A DNA stretch of 64,000 nucleotides. Origin: Planctomycetota bacterium (lineage in GTDB: Bacteria; Planctomycetota; SZUA-567; H5-PLA8). Within the stretch, counting starts at the first letter, position 1; each line of letters opens with the position of its first letter. A model generated the notes under the pieces. The model made no database searches. It worked only from the letters and a program-made list of their open reading frames with translations, and was not told where the DNA came from. Positions 28,645 to 38,603 of this stretch are shown here, in pieces. A program made the translations under genes and the position numbers. The stretch is from the NCBI GenBank assembly GCA_027493525.1, contig JAOSKN010000002.1, forward strand, positions 474,288 through 538,287. The letters run 5' to 3'.

Positions 28645-30291
28645 CTACCCGCCGCCCGCGTCTTTGCCTTCCCGCAACGCGGCGGCGCGGCGCGACCAGA
28701 GCGCGGCGGCCAGCGCCGCGTGGAGCCCCAGCAGCGCCAGCGTGAAGAGTCCGGCGGTGTGCAGCCATTCGCTCGCGTAATCCCCGACCACGTCCGGGGA
28801 ACTCAGCAGCCCCGCCAAGCCCAGGAAGGCCAGCGCGCCGAAGGCCAGCTTGCGCGCGCAGCCGCAGCCTGCGTCCAGCGCATCCCGCTGCAAGAGCGCG
28901 AGCAGCGCCGCGACGGGCACCAGCAGAATCACCGCATGGGCCTTCCGCGTCAGGGGCGAGAGCAGCAGGATCGTCGTCGCGACGAGGCCCCACGAGAGCG
29001 CCAGCGCGGCGGCGTCCGCGCGCGCCCAGCGCGGCGCGGTCAGCGCGACCGTGCAGGCCAGCAGCACGAGCCCCAGGATCGCCGCGCCCTTCGCGACCGC
29101 CGAGGGCGCAAACTCGGCGACGTTCAGGACCGGGCGGTCCTCCGAAGGCGGCTGCTTGGTCAGGAGCTTCAGCAGCGTCCCGCGCAGGGAGATCCCCACG
29201 CCGCGCCCCTTGCCCTGGTAGCTCTGCTCGAAGTCGCCGCCCCAGCCGATGCTCAGTTCGCCCTCGTCGCCTTCTTCTTCGTCGCCGCCGGCCCCCGCGC
29301 CCGGTCCCGCGGCCTTCTCTTTGGCGTGTGCCGCGAACGCGCCGAGCAGCTCGAGGTTATGCGAAAATCCCAGCACCGGCGCGGGGAGGACGAAAAGGCA
29401 GAGCGCCAGGCCCAGCGCGCCGCCGGCCATGGCCCAGCCTCTCCGGGCCCAGAGGAAGTAGAGCCCGAAGAGCCCCGGCGTGAGCTTGATCGTCGTCGCC
29501 GCCGCCACCGCCAGCCCGCCCGCCAGCCCCAGCCACGCGCCTCCCGTGCCACGACTCGGCGCCGAATCGTTCGTGCCACGGGTCGGCGCCGCCGCCCCGC
29601 GCACCATCGCGTCCGCTTCAACCTGCCGCGCCAGCGCGTACAGTCCCAGCGTCACCAGCGCGAGCACGAAGACGTTGGCCTGCCCGAGCACCATGTTGCT
29701 GTCCAGGAAGCGCCCGCACGCGAGGACCGCCAGCGCGAGCCCGACTTCCGGCCGGCGCCAGAACGGCAGCGCGGCGGCGTCCGCCGGCCACAGGAGCTTT
29801 CGCAGCAGCCATAATGCGCCCAGCAAGAGCGCCACGTTAAGCGCGTAAAAGACGCCCAGGGCGGCATTGTGCGAAAGTAGGGAGAGCGGGGCCATGGGGA
29901 AGACCGCGAAGAACGGGGGATAAATGAAGGGGCGGCGCGGAGTCGAAGATGCGCGCCAATCGTAGAGGTTCTCGCCTTTCCGCGCCAGTTCGCCGGCGGA
30001 ATAGTACGCCGTGAAATCCGTCCCATTATGCCGATGCCGCTCTTCCTTCCTGCTCGCGCCCGGCTTGGGATCTTCCCAGCGCCCGTGCCGCACGCAGCGC
30101 ACGCCGTAGCCGGCGAGGGCCAGCAGGAGCACGAGCTTCGCCGCCCTGAACGCGCGCGCGTACGGATCGGCGGGACGGTCCTGCGGTTGCGGAGCGGAGG
30201 AATCGGGCACGAGGAGCTTATGCGGGAGTGGCGCGCGTGCGTCAAGAACAGGGCAAACCGCGCGCGCCGCCGTTCGCCAATGCGGGTGCAT
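28645..30291 (-). CDS. DUF2029/GT87-like polytopic membrane glycosyltransferase
   Basis: DUF2029-like motif GTDFTAYYSAGELARKGENLYDW...PFIYPPFFAVF, then about 10 TM helices and an internal acidic loop (GDEEEGDEGE). Confidence 0.6.
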   Translation of the reverse strand: MHPHWRTAARAVCPVLDARAPLPHKLLVPDSSAPQPQDRPADPYARAFRAAKLVLLLALAGYGVRCVRHGRWEDPKPGASRKEERHRHNGTDFTAYYSAGELARKGENLYDWRASSTPRRPFIYPPFFAVFPMAPLSLLSHNAALGVFYALNVALLLGALWLLRKLLWPADAAALPFWRRPEVGLALAVLACGRFLDSNMVLGQANVFVLALVTLGLYALARQVEADAMVRGAAAPTRGTNDSAPSRGTGGAWLGLAGGLAVAAATTIKLTPGLFGLYFLWARRGWAMAGGALGLALCLFVLPAPVLGFSHNLELLGAFAAHAKEKAAGPGAGAGGDEEEGDEGELSIGWGGDFEQSYQGKGRGVGISLRGTLLKLLTKQPPSEDRPVLNVAEFAPSAVAKGAAILGLVLLACTVALTAPRWARADAAALALSWGLVATTILLLSPLTRKAHAVILLVPVAALLALLQRDALDAGCGCARKLAFGALAFLGLAGLLSSPDVVGDYASEWLHTAGLFTLALLGLHAALAAALWSRRAAALREGKDAGGG

Positions 30292-30320
30292 CGCGCCAGG
30301 CTTTGGTCTAGAATTCGGCC

Positions 30321-33300
30321 ATGAGCCTGCCGCCGGAAAACAGGGCGCCCGCGCCGCCGCCGGGCGGCGTGCCGCCGACGCAGCCCGCGCCGCCCAAGGT
30401 CGATTCCGCGCGCCAGCACGGCGCCACGCCCATCCTGCCTACGCACTCTTCCGTCGCGCTTCAGGATCTCCAGCACGACAAGCTCATCCTGGCCGCGGCG
30501 CGCATGGAGATCGAGGGCCAGACCTTCCCCTCGCTCGCCGGCATCCCGCTCCTGGCCAAGCTCGGGCAGGGGGGCATGGGCGCCGTCTACTTCGGGGTCC
30601 ACCCGCGGCTGCGCAGCGAGGTGGCCGTCAAGGTGCTGCCCTTTCACCTCGCCGAGCAGGTTCCCGAACTGGTCAACCGGTTCTTTCGCGAGGCCCAGGT
30701 CGCCGCGCAGATCCAGTCCCCGCACCTCGTCCGCGTCCTCGACGTCAACGAGGAGAACGGGCTCTTCTTCCTGGTCATGGAGTTCGTGGACGGGATCAGC
30801 GCCGGGAAATACCTGAAGGATCAGCTCGCGCGGGGCCGCGCGGGCTGCAGCGAAGCCGAAGCGCTGCGGATCGCCCAGGCCGCGACGGCGGGGCTGGCGG
30901 CGGCGCACGAACGCGGCGTCACGCACCGCGACATCAAGCCCGACAACATCATGCTTCCGCGCCGGGCGCGCGCGAAGGACCTGGACCTCGACGCGGCCAA
31001 GGTCGCCGACCTGGGCCTGGCGCGCAGCGAGGACCTCGCGCAGTCGCTCACCGGCACGCAGGCCACCATGGGCACGCCGGGATACATGGCCCCCGAACAG
31101 GCGCTCGACGCGAAGACCGCGGGTTCGCCCGCCGACGTCTTCAGCATGGGCGCGACGCTTTACGCGCTCCTGACCGGCCAGCCGCCCTTTACCGGAACCA
31201 GCATCACCAAGGTGGTGATGGATACGGTCCAGAAGCCGCATCAGCCCATCGCGCAACTCCGCCCGGACCTCTCGTCCGCGACCGCGGCGCTGATCGAGAC
31301 CTGCCTGCAGAAGGAGCCCGCGAAGCGTTTTCGCGACGCCCGCGCGCTGCTGGACGCCTTGCGCGCCTGCGTGCAGGCGCTTCCGGAGCGCCCGGTCCAG
31401 GCGCCCTCCGGCGCGCTCGACGCGACCTTCGTGCCGAGCACGCCCGTTCCGCCGGCCGAGGCCACGCCGCCCCGGCCCGCGCCCGTCACCCCCGCGCTGC
31501 CCACGCAGGCGCTGACGCCCGCGCCCCAGGCGGACGCCGCGCCGGCCACGCCCGCACCCTCATCCGCTTCGGCGCCCGGGCCGTCCAGGCGCGGCCTTGT
31601 CGCCGTGTTGGCCCTGATCGCTGTCGTCGTGCTGGCTTCGTGGGGCTTCCTGGCCTGGCGGGAGCGGCAGGCGCGCGATGAAATCGCCGCCGCGAGCGCC
31701 GCGGCCGAGTCCGCCGCCGGGGATCCCGCGCGCGAGGAGGCGGCGCTCGAACGCCTGAAGTCCGTGCTGGCGCGCCACGGCAACGATCCCTCGTTCGACC
31801 TGGAAGCGCTCCGCGCGCTGAGCCAGGAATTGAGTTCGCGCATCGAGAAGCGGCTCATGGACGCGCGATTCCGTGAGGAGGTCGCCCGGTTCGATGCCCT
31901 GGCCGCCGGTCCCGAAAGCCTCGGCAAGGCCGTCGCCGGGCTTGAGGCGTTCATGAGCAGGATCGCGCTCACGGACGCGCAGCGGCAGGAGCTCGATGCA
32001 AAACTCGCTGCCTGGCGGGCGAAACTCGCCGCGCAGGCGCACGAACGCCGCGCCGCCGAACTCAAGGCGCTGGCCGCGGATCCCGCGAAGCTCGATGCAC
32101 TGGTCCAAGGCGCGCGGGACCTGCTGGCCGAGCCCGATGTGTCGCCCGAACTCAAGCAGGAATTCGAAGCCCTCCTGAAAGACTGGGAGGCTCGCGTCTT
32201 CGCGCGCGGCCTGGAAGCCGTCGTGGCCAGCGCCGAGACCAAGGCGCGGAATCCGGGGCAGATTGCGGAAGCGCTCCAGGAACTTAGGGATCTCCGGCAG
32301 CGCTACGCCGACCTGCCCGACGCAAGCCTCGGCCGGCTCCCGAAGGTCCTGGTAGAGGTCGCCGCGCTGGACGAAAAGCGGCGGAAAGAACTGGAGGCGC
32401 AAAACGAGGAGCAGCGCGCGCTCGAACGCCTCCAGAAGGCGTTGGCCGAGCGGAAAGCGGCCTTCGATGAGCTGCTACGGAAGGCCGGCGCGGCGCTGGA
32501 AGCCGATCCCGCTAGAGCGCTCGAGTCGCTTGCCGCAGCCGAGCAGGCCGGCGCCGCCGACCCGGAGAAGGCCTTTCCCAGCTTGCTCGACGGTTTGAAG
32601 CCTTCCCTCGCCCAGCGCATGGAAGAGGCGCGGAAGCTCCTCGCGGAGCGGCAGGCGCAGGCCCAGGACCGGCAGGCCGTCCAAGCCTTCGAACAGGCGT
32701 TCGAGATGGCCAACGGCCCGCAGCTCAAGGACGACTGGACCCGCATTCACGACACGCTCACGTTCGGTTTGCAGCGCCTCGGGCAGCGCGAACATCCCAG
32801 CCGCAAGCTGGCGGAGATGCTGCTAGGCAAGGCCAAGGTCGAACTCACCCGCCGTCAAGACTACGCCGAGGCGCTCAAGCTCGCGCGCGAACGATGGGCC
32901 GCGAAGGACTGGCTCGGGGCCGAGGCCGCGCTGGCCCGCGCCGAAAAGGCCATGGGCCGCACGCCGGAGGTTCAGGAGATCGCCGAGGCGGTGCGCCAGG
33001 GCCGGCAAGGAGCGGAGATGGACGCGGGGCTTGACGGCGTGGAGCGGCTGATCCAGGCCGCCCAATGGGCGCAGGCCGAGGCCGAGTTGAAGAAGCTGGC
33101 CCCCCTTGCCGGCAACGACCCGCGCCATGCCGCGGCCGCCAAGCGCGTCGCCGCGGGCCTGGATGCGCTGAAGCCCCGCGAGAGCACGCTCAAGCTCGCC
33201 GCCACCGAGGACTGGAAGGACGCGGGCGTGACGCTCGCGGCGGGCGACGAGGTCGCCGTCGAGGCCGCCGGCGCCTGGACCATCTCCAAGAATTTCCAGT

Positions 33301-34205
33301 GGATGCACCCCAAGCGCGGGCCGGCCGAGAAGGGCACCGGGACCTTCCGGGTGCTCAACCAGGACGAGAGCAAGCACGAGTTCTCCGCGGAGAACCTGAT
33401 CGCGCGCATTGCCGGAGGCAAACCCTTCTACGTCGGCGACCGGGCGACCTTCAAGGTCAACCTGCCCGGCGCGCTCCAGTTCCGCATCAATGAGGAATCG
33501 CCGGTGGGCCTGAAGGACAACGAAGGGGAGATGAACATCAAGCTGACCGTGCGGAAGGCCGGGGCCGCCGCGCCCGCGCCGGGTCCCGCCCCGGTTCCGG
33601 GTCCTGCGCCGGTTCCGGGTCCTGCGCCGGTTCCGGGTCCTGCGCCGGTTCCGCCCGACGCGGCGTTCAAGCCCGCGCGGGTCCTGGGCCCCTTCGCCGT
33701 TTACTCCAACCGCCCGGCGCAAGGCATCCCGCTTACGAAGGACGGCCAGGTGATCCCGCTGCGCGACGACCTGGACAAGGAGCAGTACGAACAGGCGATG
33801 AAGCCTTTCGACCGCTGGATGGTCCTGCCGAAGGGGACGAAGGTGAAGGTGGAATACGGCGGGGCCTGGCACTCGGGGCCGATGGGAAGCTGGGTCGGCG
33901 CGGACGGGCGCAAGGCGGACGGCTCGCCGACGCTCAAGAACTTTCGCGCCTTCCAGGGGCCGGACAAGGAATGGTGGATCGCCATGCTCGTCGTCTACGT
34001 CAGCGACGAGAAGCGCCCCGTCACGGAGACCTACAAGGACGTCGAGGCCAAGGGGCACGTCTGGGCCTGCGTGGACAAGAACAAGCCCATGGAGTTCGTG
34101 ATGCCCGCGACCGGCGCGCTGCGCTTCCAGCAGAACCGCGACGAGAACTTCGACGTGACCCAGGGCGCCCTGCGCCTGGTCGTGACCGTCCAGGAACCGC
34201 GTTGA
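30321..34205 (+). CDS. membrane-anchored Ser/Thr protein kinase with long coiled-coil ectodomain and two C-terminal PA-IL/LecA-like lectin domains
   Basis: Hanks kinase motifs (LGQGGMGAVYFG, AVKVL, HRDIKPDNIML, DLGLAR, GTPGYMAPE). A P/A-rich linker. One TM helix (LVAVLALIAVVVLASWGFLAW). About 550 aa of A/E/L/R/K-rich helical sequence. Then two beta domains that resemble the LecA galactophilic lectin (GDEVAVEAAGAWTISKNFQWMHP...FRINEESPVGLKDNEGEMNIKLTV and GTKVKVEYGGAWHSGPMGSWVG...LRFQQNRDENFDVTQGALRLVVTV), split by a (PGPAPV)n linker. Confidence 0.8.
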   Translation: MSLPPENRAPAPPPGGVPPTQPAPPKVDSARQHGATPILPTHSSVALQDLQHDKLILAAARMEIEGQTFPSLAGIPLLAKLGQGGMGAVYFGVHPRLRSEVAVKVLPFHLAEQVPELVNRFFREAQVAAQIQSPHLVRVLDVNEENGLFFLVMEFVDGISAGKYLKDQLARGRAGCSEAEALRIAQAATAGLAAAHERGVTHRDIKPDNIMLPRRARAKDLDLDAAKVADLGLARSEDLAQSLTGTQATMGTPGYMAPEQALDAKTAGSPADVFSMGATLYALLTGQPPFTGTSITKVVMDTVQKPHQPIAQLRPDLSSATAALIETCLQKEPAKRFRDARALLDALRACVQALPERPVQAPSGALDATFVPSTPVPPAEATPPRPAPVTPALPTQALTPAPQADAAPATPAPSSASAPGPSRRGLVAVLALIAVVVLASWGFLAWRERQARDEIAAASAAAESAAGDPAREEAALERLKSVLARHGNDPSFDLEALRALSQELSSRIEKRLMDARFREEVARFDALAAGPESLGKAVAGLEAFMSRIALTDAQRQELDAKLAAWRAKLAAQAHERRAAELKALAADPAKLDALVQGARDLLAEPDVSPELKQEFEALLKDWEARVFARGLEAVVASAETKARNPGQIAEALQELRDLRQRYADLPDASLGRLPKVLVEVAALDEKRRKELEAQNEEQRALERLQKALAERKAAFDELLRKAGAALEADPARALESLAAAEQAGAADPEKAFPSLLDGLKPSLAQRMEEARKLLAERQAQAQDRQAVQAFEQAFEMANGPQLKDDWTRIHDTLTFGLQRLGQREHPSRKLAEMLLGKAKVELTRRQDYAEALKLARERWAAKDWLGAEAALARAEKAMGRTPEVQEIAEAVRQGRQGAEMDAGLDGVERLIQAAQWAQAEAELKKLAPLAGNDPRHAAAAKRVAAGLDALKPRESTLKLAATEDWKDAGVTLAAGDEVAVEAAGAWTISKNFQWMHPKRGPAEKGTGTFRVLNQDESKHEFSAENLIARIAGGKPFYVGDRATFKVNLPGALQFRINEESPVGLKDNEGEMNIKLTVRKAGAAAPAPGPAPVPGPAPVPGPAPVPGPAPVPPDAAFKPARVLGPFAVYSNRPAQGIPLTKDGQVIPLRDDLDKEQYEQAMKPFDRWMVLPKGTKVKVEYGGAWHSGPMGSWVGADGRKADGSPTLKNFRAFQGPDKEWWIAMLVVYVSDEKRPVTETYKDVEAKGHVWACVDKNKPMEFVMPATGALRFQQNRDENFDVTQGALRLVVTVQEPR
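33585..33653 (+). repeat. in-frame tandem 18-bp repeat (CCGGTTCCGGGTCCTGCG, about 4 copies) encoding a PGPAPV linker
   Basis: Direct reading of 33585-33653. Translated as PAPGPAPVPGPAPVPGPAPVPGPAPVP inside the kinase ORF. Confidence 0.8.
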
Positions 34206-34245
34206 GCTTGCGCCTCGCGCCCGCGTAGTACAATCCTCGCGGCTC

Positions 34246-35103
34246 ATGCCTAAAGGGGGGACTTCCATGCCCGACGCGAGCGGCAAGCTGCGCATCCTGG
34301 CCATCGGCGCGCATCCGGACGACTGCGAGATCAAGGTCGGCGGCACGGCCGCGCTGTGGGCCGCTGCGGGCCACAGCGTGAAGTTCGTCTCCGCCACCAA
34401 CGGCGGCACGGGGCATCACGAGATCGGCGGCATCGAACTCGTGCGCCGCCGCCTCGAGGAAGCCCGCCGCGCCGCCGCGGTCCTGGGCATCGAATACGAG
34501 GTGATGGATTTCACCAACGGCGAGCTGGAAGCCACGCTCTTCCATCGCAAGTTCTTCATCAAGCTGATCCGGCAGTTCAATCCCGACCTGATCCTTACGC
34601 ACCGTCCCAACGACTACCATCCGGACCACCGCTACACCTCGCAGCTCGTGCAGGATTCCGCGTACGTCGTCACCGTGCCCAACAACATGCCTACCGTCAA
34701 GGCGCTGCGGCACAACCCGACCATCGCGTACCTCTCCGACAACTTCCAGAAGCCGATCCCCTTCCAGCCCGACGTCGTCGTCGGCATCGACCATGTCCTC
34801 GAGAAGAAGGTGGACATGCTCCACTGCCACACCTCGCAGTTCTACGAGTGGATCCCCTGGAACCAGAGCGTCGAGAACGAAGTGCCCTCCGGGGAGGCCG
34901 AGCGCCGCGCGTGGCTGCGCGAGCGCCGCATCAAGGCCGATGAGAAGTGCGCGGAGCAGTACCGCGGCAAGCTCATCGAACTCTACGGCCCCGAGCAGGG
35001 CCGCGCGTTCAAGTACGCCGAAGCGTTCGAGGGTTGCGAGTACGGCTCGCCGCTTACGCCCGAGAAGGCCCGGCTCCTCTTCCCCTTCGTGAAAGGGAAG
35101 TAA
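34246..35103 (+). CDS. PIG-L/LmbE family N-acetylglucosaminyl deacetylase
   Basis: Signature ILAIGAHPDDCEI...H.PNDYHPDHR, typical of LmbE/MshB/BshB-type zinc deacetylases. Confidence 0.85.
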   Translation: MPKGGTSMPDASGKLRILAIGAHPDDCEIKVGGTAALWAAAGHSVKFVSATNGGTGHHEIGGIELVRRRLEEARRAAAVLGIEYEVMDFTNGELEATLFHRKFFIKLIRQFNPDLILTHRPNDYHPDHRYTSQLVQDSAYVVTVPNNMPTVKALRHNPTIAYLSDNFQKPIPFQPDVVVGIDHVLEKKVDMLHCHTSQFYEWIPWNQSVENEVPSGEAERRAWLRERRIKADEKCAEQYRGKLIELYGPEQGRAFKYAEAFEGCEYGSPLTPEKARLLFPFVKGK

Positions 35104-35127
35104 CCGCCGCAGCCAGCGAGGCCGACC

Positions 35128-37497
35128 ATGACGCACATCGAACCGCCGCCATCCGACGAAGAGCCCGAACTCTCGATCCAGCCGGCGGGCGGCGAGCCGC
35201 TCGGTCCGGCAGCGGAAGAGGCGGCGGCGAACGTTCCCCAAATGGCGCCCGTGCCCGGCGAGTTCAAGCGCGCCGTCCCGTGGGTGAAGTTCGGCGTCGC
35301 GGGCGGCCTGGTGCTCCTGCTCGCCGTCGCCGCGCTGATCGCCTACCCCTACCTGATGCGCGAGACCAAGGGCGAGGTGGACGCCATGGAACTCGCGGCC
35401 GCGGCGCCCGCGAATTGCGTCGCCGTCGCCGCGCTGGCCCAGCCTGAGCGCACCGTCAAGGCCGCCGTGAAGAGCCTCGACGAATCCCTCGAAAACATGC
35501 CGCCGTGGTCCGAGCGCTGGCAGGCCGCGCGCGAGGCCTTCCGGAGCGAACTGGGATTCGGGCTGGAGCAGACGGACCGGTACGCCGACGCCGGGATCGA
35601 CCTCACCCAGCCCGTCACGTTCGCGCTCCTGCCCCTCGACGAGAGCCACTTCCCGACCGGCGCGGTCGCGAGCGTGGCCGTGTCGACCTATCAGAAGGGG
35701 TACGAGTTTTTCAAGGGCCTCGCCAAGGCCGCCGACGCCAGCGTCAAGGAGGACAAGTCCGCCGAACCGGCCGTGTACCTCGCCGGCAACCTCGCCATGG
35801 CCATCGAGGACGGCCGGATGCACGTCTATGCGGCGCCCGACGCCGTCGCCGCGAAGGACCTGCGCGGCTTCCTGGCCAAGCGCGCCCAGCAGAACCTCGC
35901 CGCCGGCTCCGCTTTCGCGGAGACGCTCAAGGGCCTCGGCACGGTGGAAGAGACGACGCTCTACGTCAACCTCGAGCCCCTGAAGAAGGCCGCCGGCTCC
36001 GGCGCCTTCGCCGATGCGATGAAGGACGTGGTCGGGCTGGCCTTCAGCGCCGGCGAGAGCAAGAACGTCCTGCACGTCCAGTTCAAGCCCAACGCCCCGG
36101 CGCTTTCCGACTTCAAGGCCGGCGGGAACTGCAAGGACTTCGTGAAGAAACTGGGGCCCGCGCCCTTCCTTTTAACCTGGAGCCTCGCGAACCCCGTCCA
36201 GTCGCTCCAGAACCTGATGGGCAAGGCCGGCGACGCCAACTCGTTCAAGTCGTTCGACAAGGAGGTCGCGGGCCTGTTGGGCATGAGCCTTTCGCAGCTC
36301 TCCAAGGCCCTGTCGGGAGGCGCCGGGGGCGTGGCGGTCTTTCCCGCCGAAGGCAGCCCGGTTCCCGGCGTGCTGGCGTTCGCCAAGCTGAGCGATTCGA
36401 AGCAGCTCACCGCGGCCCTCGCCAAGCAGTACGGCAAGCAGGAAGGCGTCGAAGCGAAAAAGTTCGAGAAGGACACGCTCTACGCGATCCCTGCGCCCTT
36501 CGCCAGGATGCTCGTCGGCGTGCGCGGCGACTTCCTGGTGCTCGCCCTCGCCACCCCGGAGGTGGAATCCGCGCTGGCGTGCAAGGGCGCGGCCGACGCC
36601 CCGCTCGGCGGCGGCGAACTCCTCGGCCTCTACATGGACCCCGCGCCGTTCATGGATACGTATGCCTCGTACGTGCCGGAGGAACGCCAGAAGGAGCTGA
36701 AGGCCGCGCGCGCGCGGGCTGAGCCCGGTGGGTTCACCTTGGCGCGAAAAGAGAACGCGCTGCGCCTGAGCCTGCTTATTAAAGGAGGCGACCCGGCGGC
36801 CAAGGCGCTCGGCGAAATCGTACGCGCCTCGCTCTTGGCCTCGTCTTTGGACCTCAGCAGCCTCAGCCTCCCAAGCCTTTCCAGCGGCCCCGCCGGGGTG
36901 GAAACCCCCGGCCGCGACGTCCCCAAGCCGCTGGACACGGGCGGGGTCAACCTTACCGGCGAAGAGACCAACGCCCTTAACGCCTGCAAGGCCTTCCTCG
37001 ATGCCCAGGACGCCTACCATAAGCAGGATTACGACGGCGACGGCGTCTTCGAATTCGCACTGGGCCTGCGCGGCGACGGAAGCCTCTACGAGAACAAGGA
37101 CGGGGAAGGCGACCTGAAGCTGATCGATTCCGAGTTCGCCGGCGCGGAAAGGAACCGCCGGCGCGCGGGGTTCCAGAAGGCCAAGCCCTGGCAGGGCTAC
37201 TATTTCAAGGTTCTCGACGGGCAGGGCCCGCGCGCCGAGGGCGGCGAAAAGAGCTACTACGAGAACAACGACCCCAAGAAGAAGGACGCCAACCTGACCG
37301 AAGGCGTAGGCTTGCTCTGCTTCCCCGCCGCCTACGGAAAGGACGCGCGTTATTCCTTCATGGTCACGCACCTGAAGAAAGTCTACTACGCCGACCTAGG
37401 CAAGACGACCTCGAAGAGCGGCGACAACCTCTACACCTTCGATCCCGAACCGGATAAGGGCTGGAAGCTGCTCACGAGCCTTGCGGGCGGGGAGTGA
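35128..37497 (+). CDS. single-pass membrane protein with large periplasmic region and C-terminal DUF2950 domain
   Basis: N-terminal cytoplasmic tail, then a TM helix (FGVAGGLVLLLAVAALIAY). The C-terminus matches the DUF2950 pattern (ALNACKAFLDAQDAYHKQDYDGDGVFEFALGL...GYYFKVLDGQGPRAEGG...FPAAYGKDARYSFMVT). Confidence 0.65.
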   Translation: MTHIEPPPSDEEPELSIQPAGGEPLGPAAEEAAANVPQMAPVPGEFKRAVPWVKFGVAGGLVLLLAVAALIAYPYLMRETKGEVDAMELAAAAPANCVAVAALAQPERTVKAAVKSLDESLENMPPWSERWQAAREAFRSELGFGLEQTDRYADAGIDLTQPVTFALLPLDESHFPTGAVASVAVSTYQKGYEFFKGLAKAADASVKEDKSAEPAVYLAGNLAMAIEDGRMHVYAAPDAVAAKDLRGFLAKRAQQNLAAGSAFAETLKGLGTVEETTLYVNLEPLKKAAGSGAFADAMKDVVGLAFSAGESKNVLHVQFKPNAPALSDFKAGGNCKDFVKKLGPAPFLLTWSLANPVQSLQNLMGKAGDANSFKSFDKEVAGLLGMSLSQLSKALSGGAGGVAVFPAEGSPVPGVLAFAKLSDSKQLTAALAKQYGKQEGVEAKKFEKDTLYAIPAPFARMLVGVRGDFLVLALATPEVESALACKGAADAPLGGGELLGLYMDPAPFMDTYASYVPEERQKELKAARARAEPGGFTLARKENALRLSLLIKGGDPAAKALGEIVRASLLASSLDLSSLSLPSLSSGPAGVETPGRDVPKPLDTGGVNLTGEETNALNACKAFLDAQDAYHKQDYDGDGVFEFALGLRGDGSLYENKDGEGDLKLIDSEFAGAERNRRRAGFQKAKPWQGYYFKVLDGQGPRAEGGEKSYYENNDPKKKDANLTEGVGLLCFPAAYGKDARYSFMVTHLKKVYYADLGKTTSKSGDNLYTFDPEPDKGWKLLTSLAGGE

Positions 37498-37649
37498 GCG
37501 CTATTAGCGCCGGGGCGCGTCACGGCGGCAAGTCTATTGGGGTCTGGGCAACTCCATCTTCCGGCTCAGCGGTCCCTGCGCGCTACGGCATGGCCGCGCG
37601 CGGGAAGCCCTCGCTTCGAAGGCCTCGCGTCCCGCGGCGAGTCAGGCCC

Positions 37650-37690
37650 AAAAGAAAGCGCGGGCCTTGATAGGCCCGCGCTTTCGGTAC
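37650..37690. terminator. bidirectional rho-independent terminator between convergent genes
   Basis: AAAAGAAA-GCGCGGGCC-TTGATA-GGCCCGCGC-TTTCGG: a 9-bp GC stem and 6-nt loop, with an A-run upstream and a T-run downstream. Confidence 0.6.
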
Positions 37691-37710
37691 GTCCCAAACC
37701 CCGGCGCGGC

Positions 37711-38509
37711 TTACCGCGACGCCAGCGTCTCCTTGGTGATCTTGACGTTATTCGGCAGGATCACGATATCCACGCGGCGGTTCTTGGCCTTGTCCTCGGC
37801 GCTCTTCTCGGGCCAGACCACCGGCTGGCTGAAGCCGTAGCCGGCCGTGTAGAGGTGGCTCGAGGGAACCTTGCCGTCGCTGACCAGCCAGTCCCAGACG
37901 GCCTTGGAGCGGACCTGCGAGAGTTCCATGTTGTCCTTGAACATCTTCTTCGTGCTCTCGCGCACGATCGGGGGTGCTGTCGGTGTGCCCCTCGACGCGG
38001 ACGTAGTGGTTGGCGTACTGCCCGGTCAGGGTCTTGGCGACTTCGGCGAGCGTCCGCTCGGCGCCGGGCTTCAGGGTCGCGCGGCCGGAATCGAAGAGCA
38101 CCGTATTGGCCACGCGAATGGTGATCGCGCCGGGTTCCTTCGAGTTCCCGCTCGTCACCGTCACGTCGCTGCTCCCGGTGTTGGCCTGGAGCTTCGCCTG
38201 CAGCGCGGACATCTCCGACTGCATGCTGGTGAGCTGCTGGCGCAGCGCATTGGTCTGCTGCACGTTCTGGGCGGTCATCGTATGGACCTGCTCAGTGATC
38301 AGCTTGTTCTGCTCCTGGGCCTGCAGCGCCAGGCGCTGGGCATTCTCTTTCTCGAGCTGCGTCATGGCATTCTGTTCTTCCAGACGCCGGATCGTCGAGT
38401 CCTTCTCGTTCAACGCGCGCTCGGCGCGGGACTGGTGTCCGCAGCCCGAGCCCAGCATCAGCGCTCCACCGGCCAGCATGGCCACGGCCACCTTCCTGAA
38501 TCCGAACAT
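37711..38509 (-). CDS. OmpA-family lipoprotein with N-terminal coiled coil; apparent +1 frameshift at the G5/C5 run 37968-37975
   Basis: Lipoprotein signal MFGFRKVAVAMLAGGALMLGSGCGH, a Q-rich coiled coil, then the OmpA_C start ITIRVANTVLFDSGRATLKPG...VRVEGHTDSTP. The remainder (IVRESTKK)MFKDNMELSQVRSKAVWDWL...GYGFSQPVV...NRRVDIVIL lies in another frame (track ORF 37711..37965). Removing one C (minus strand) joins them. Confidence 0.7.
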
Positions 38510-38603
38510 GCGAGTCTCCTTCCGGCTTCGGGGCGGCTGCCCCCCACGATTGGGTCTTGGGGCCGGAGTCACGGATCCGGCCGTCATCTGCGTGCAGGAT
38601 GCG

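Noticed and set aside
27496-29814. 772-aa plus-strand ORF
   Set aside because: Antisense to folD and the GT87 gene. Its composition is Arg/Gln/Glu-rich junk.
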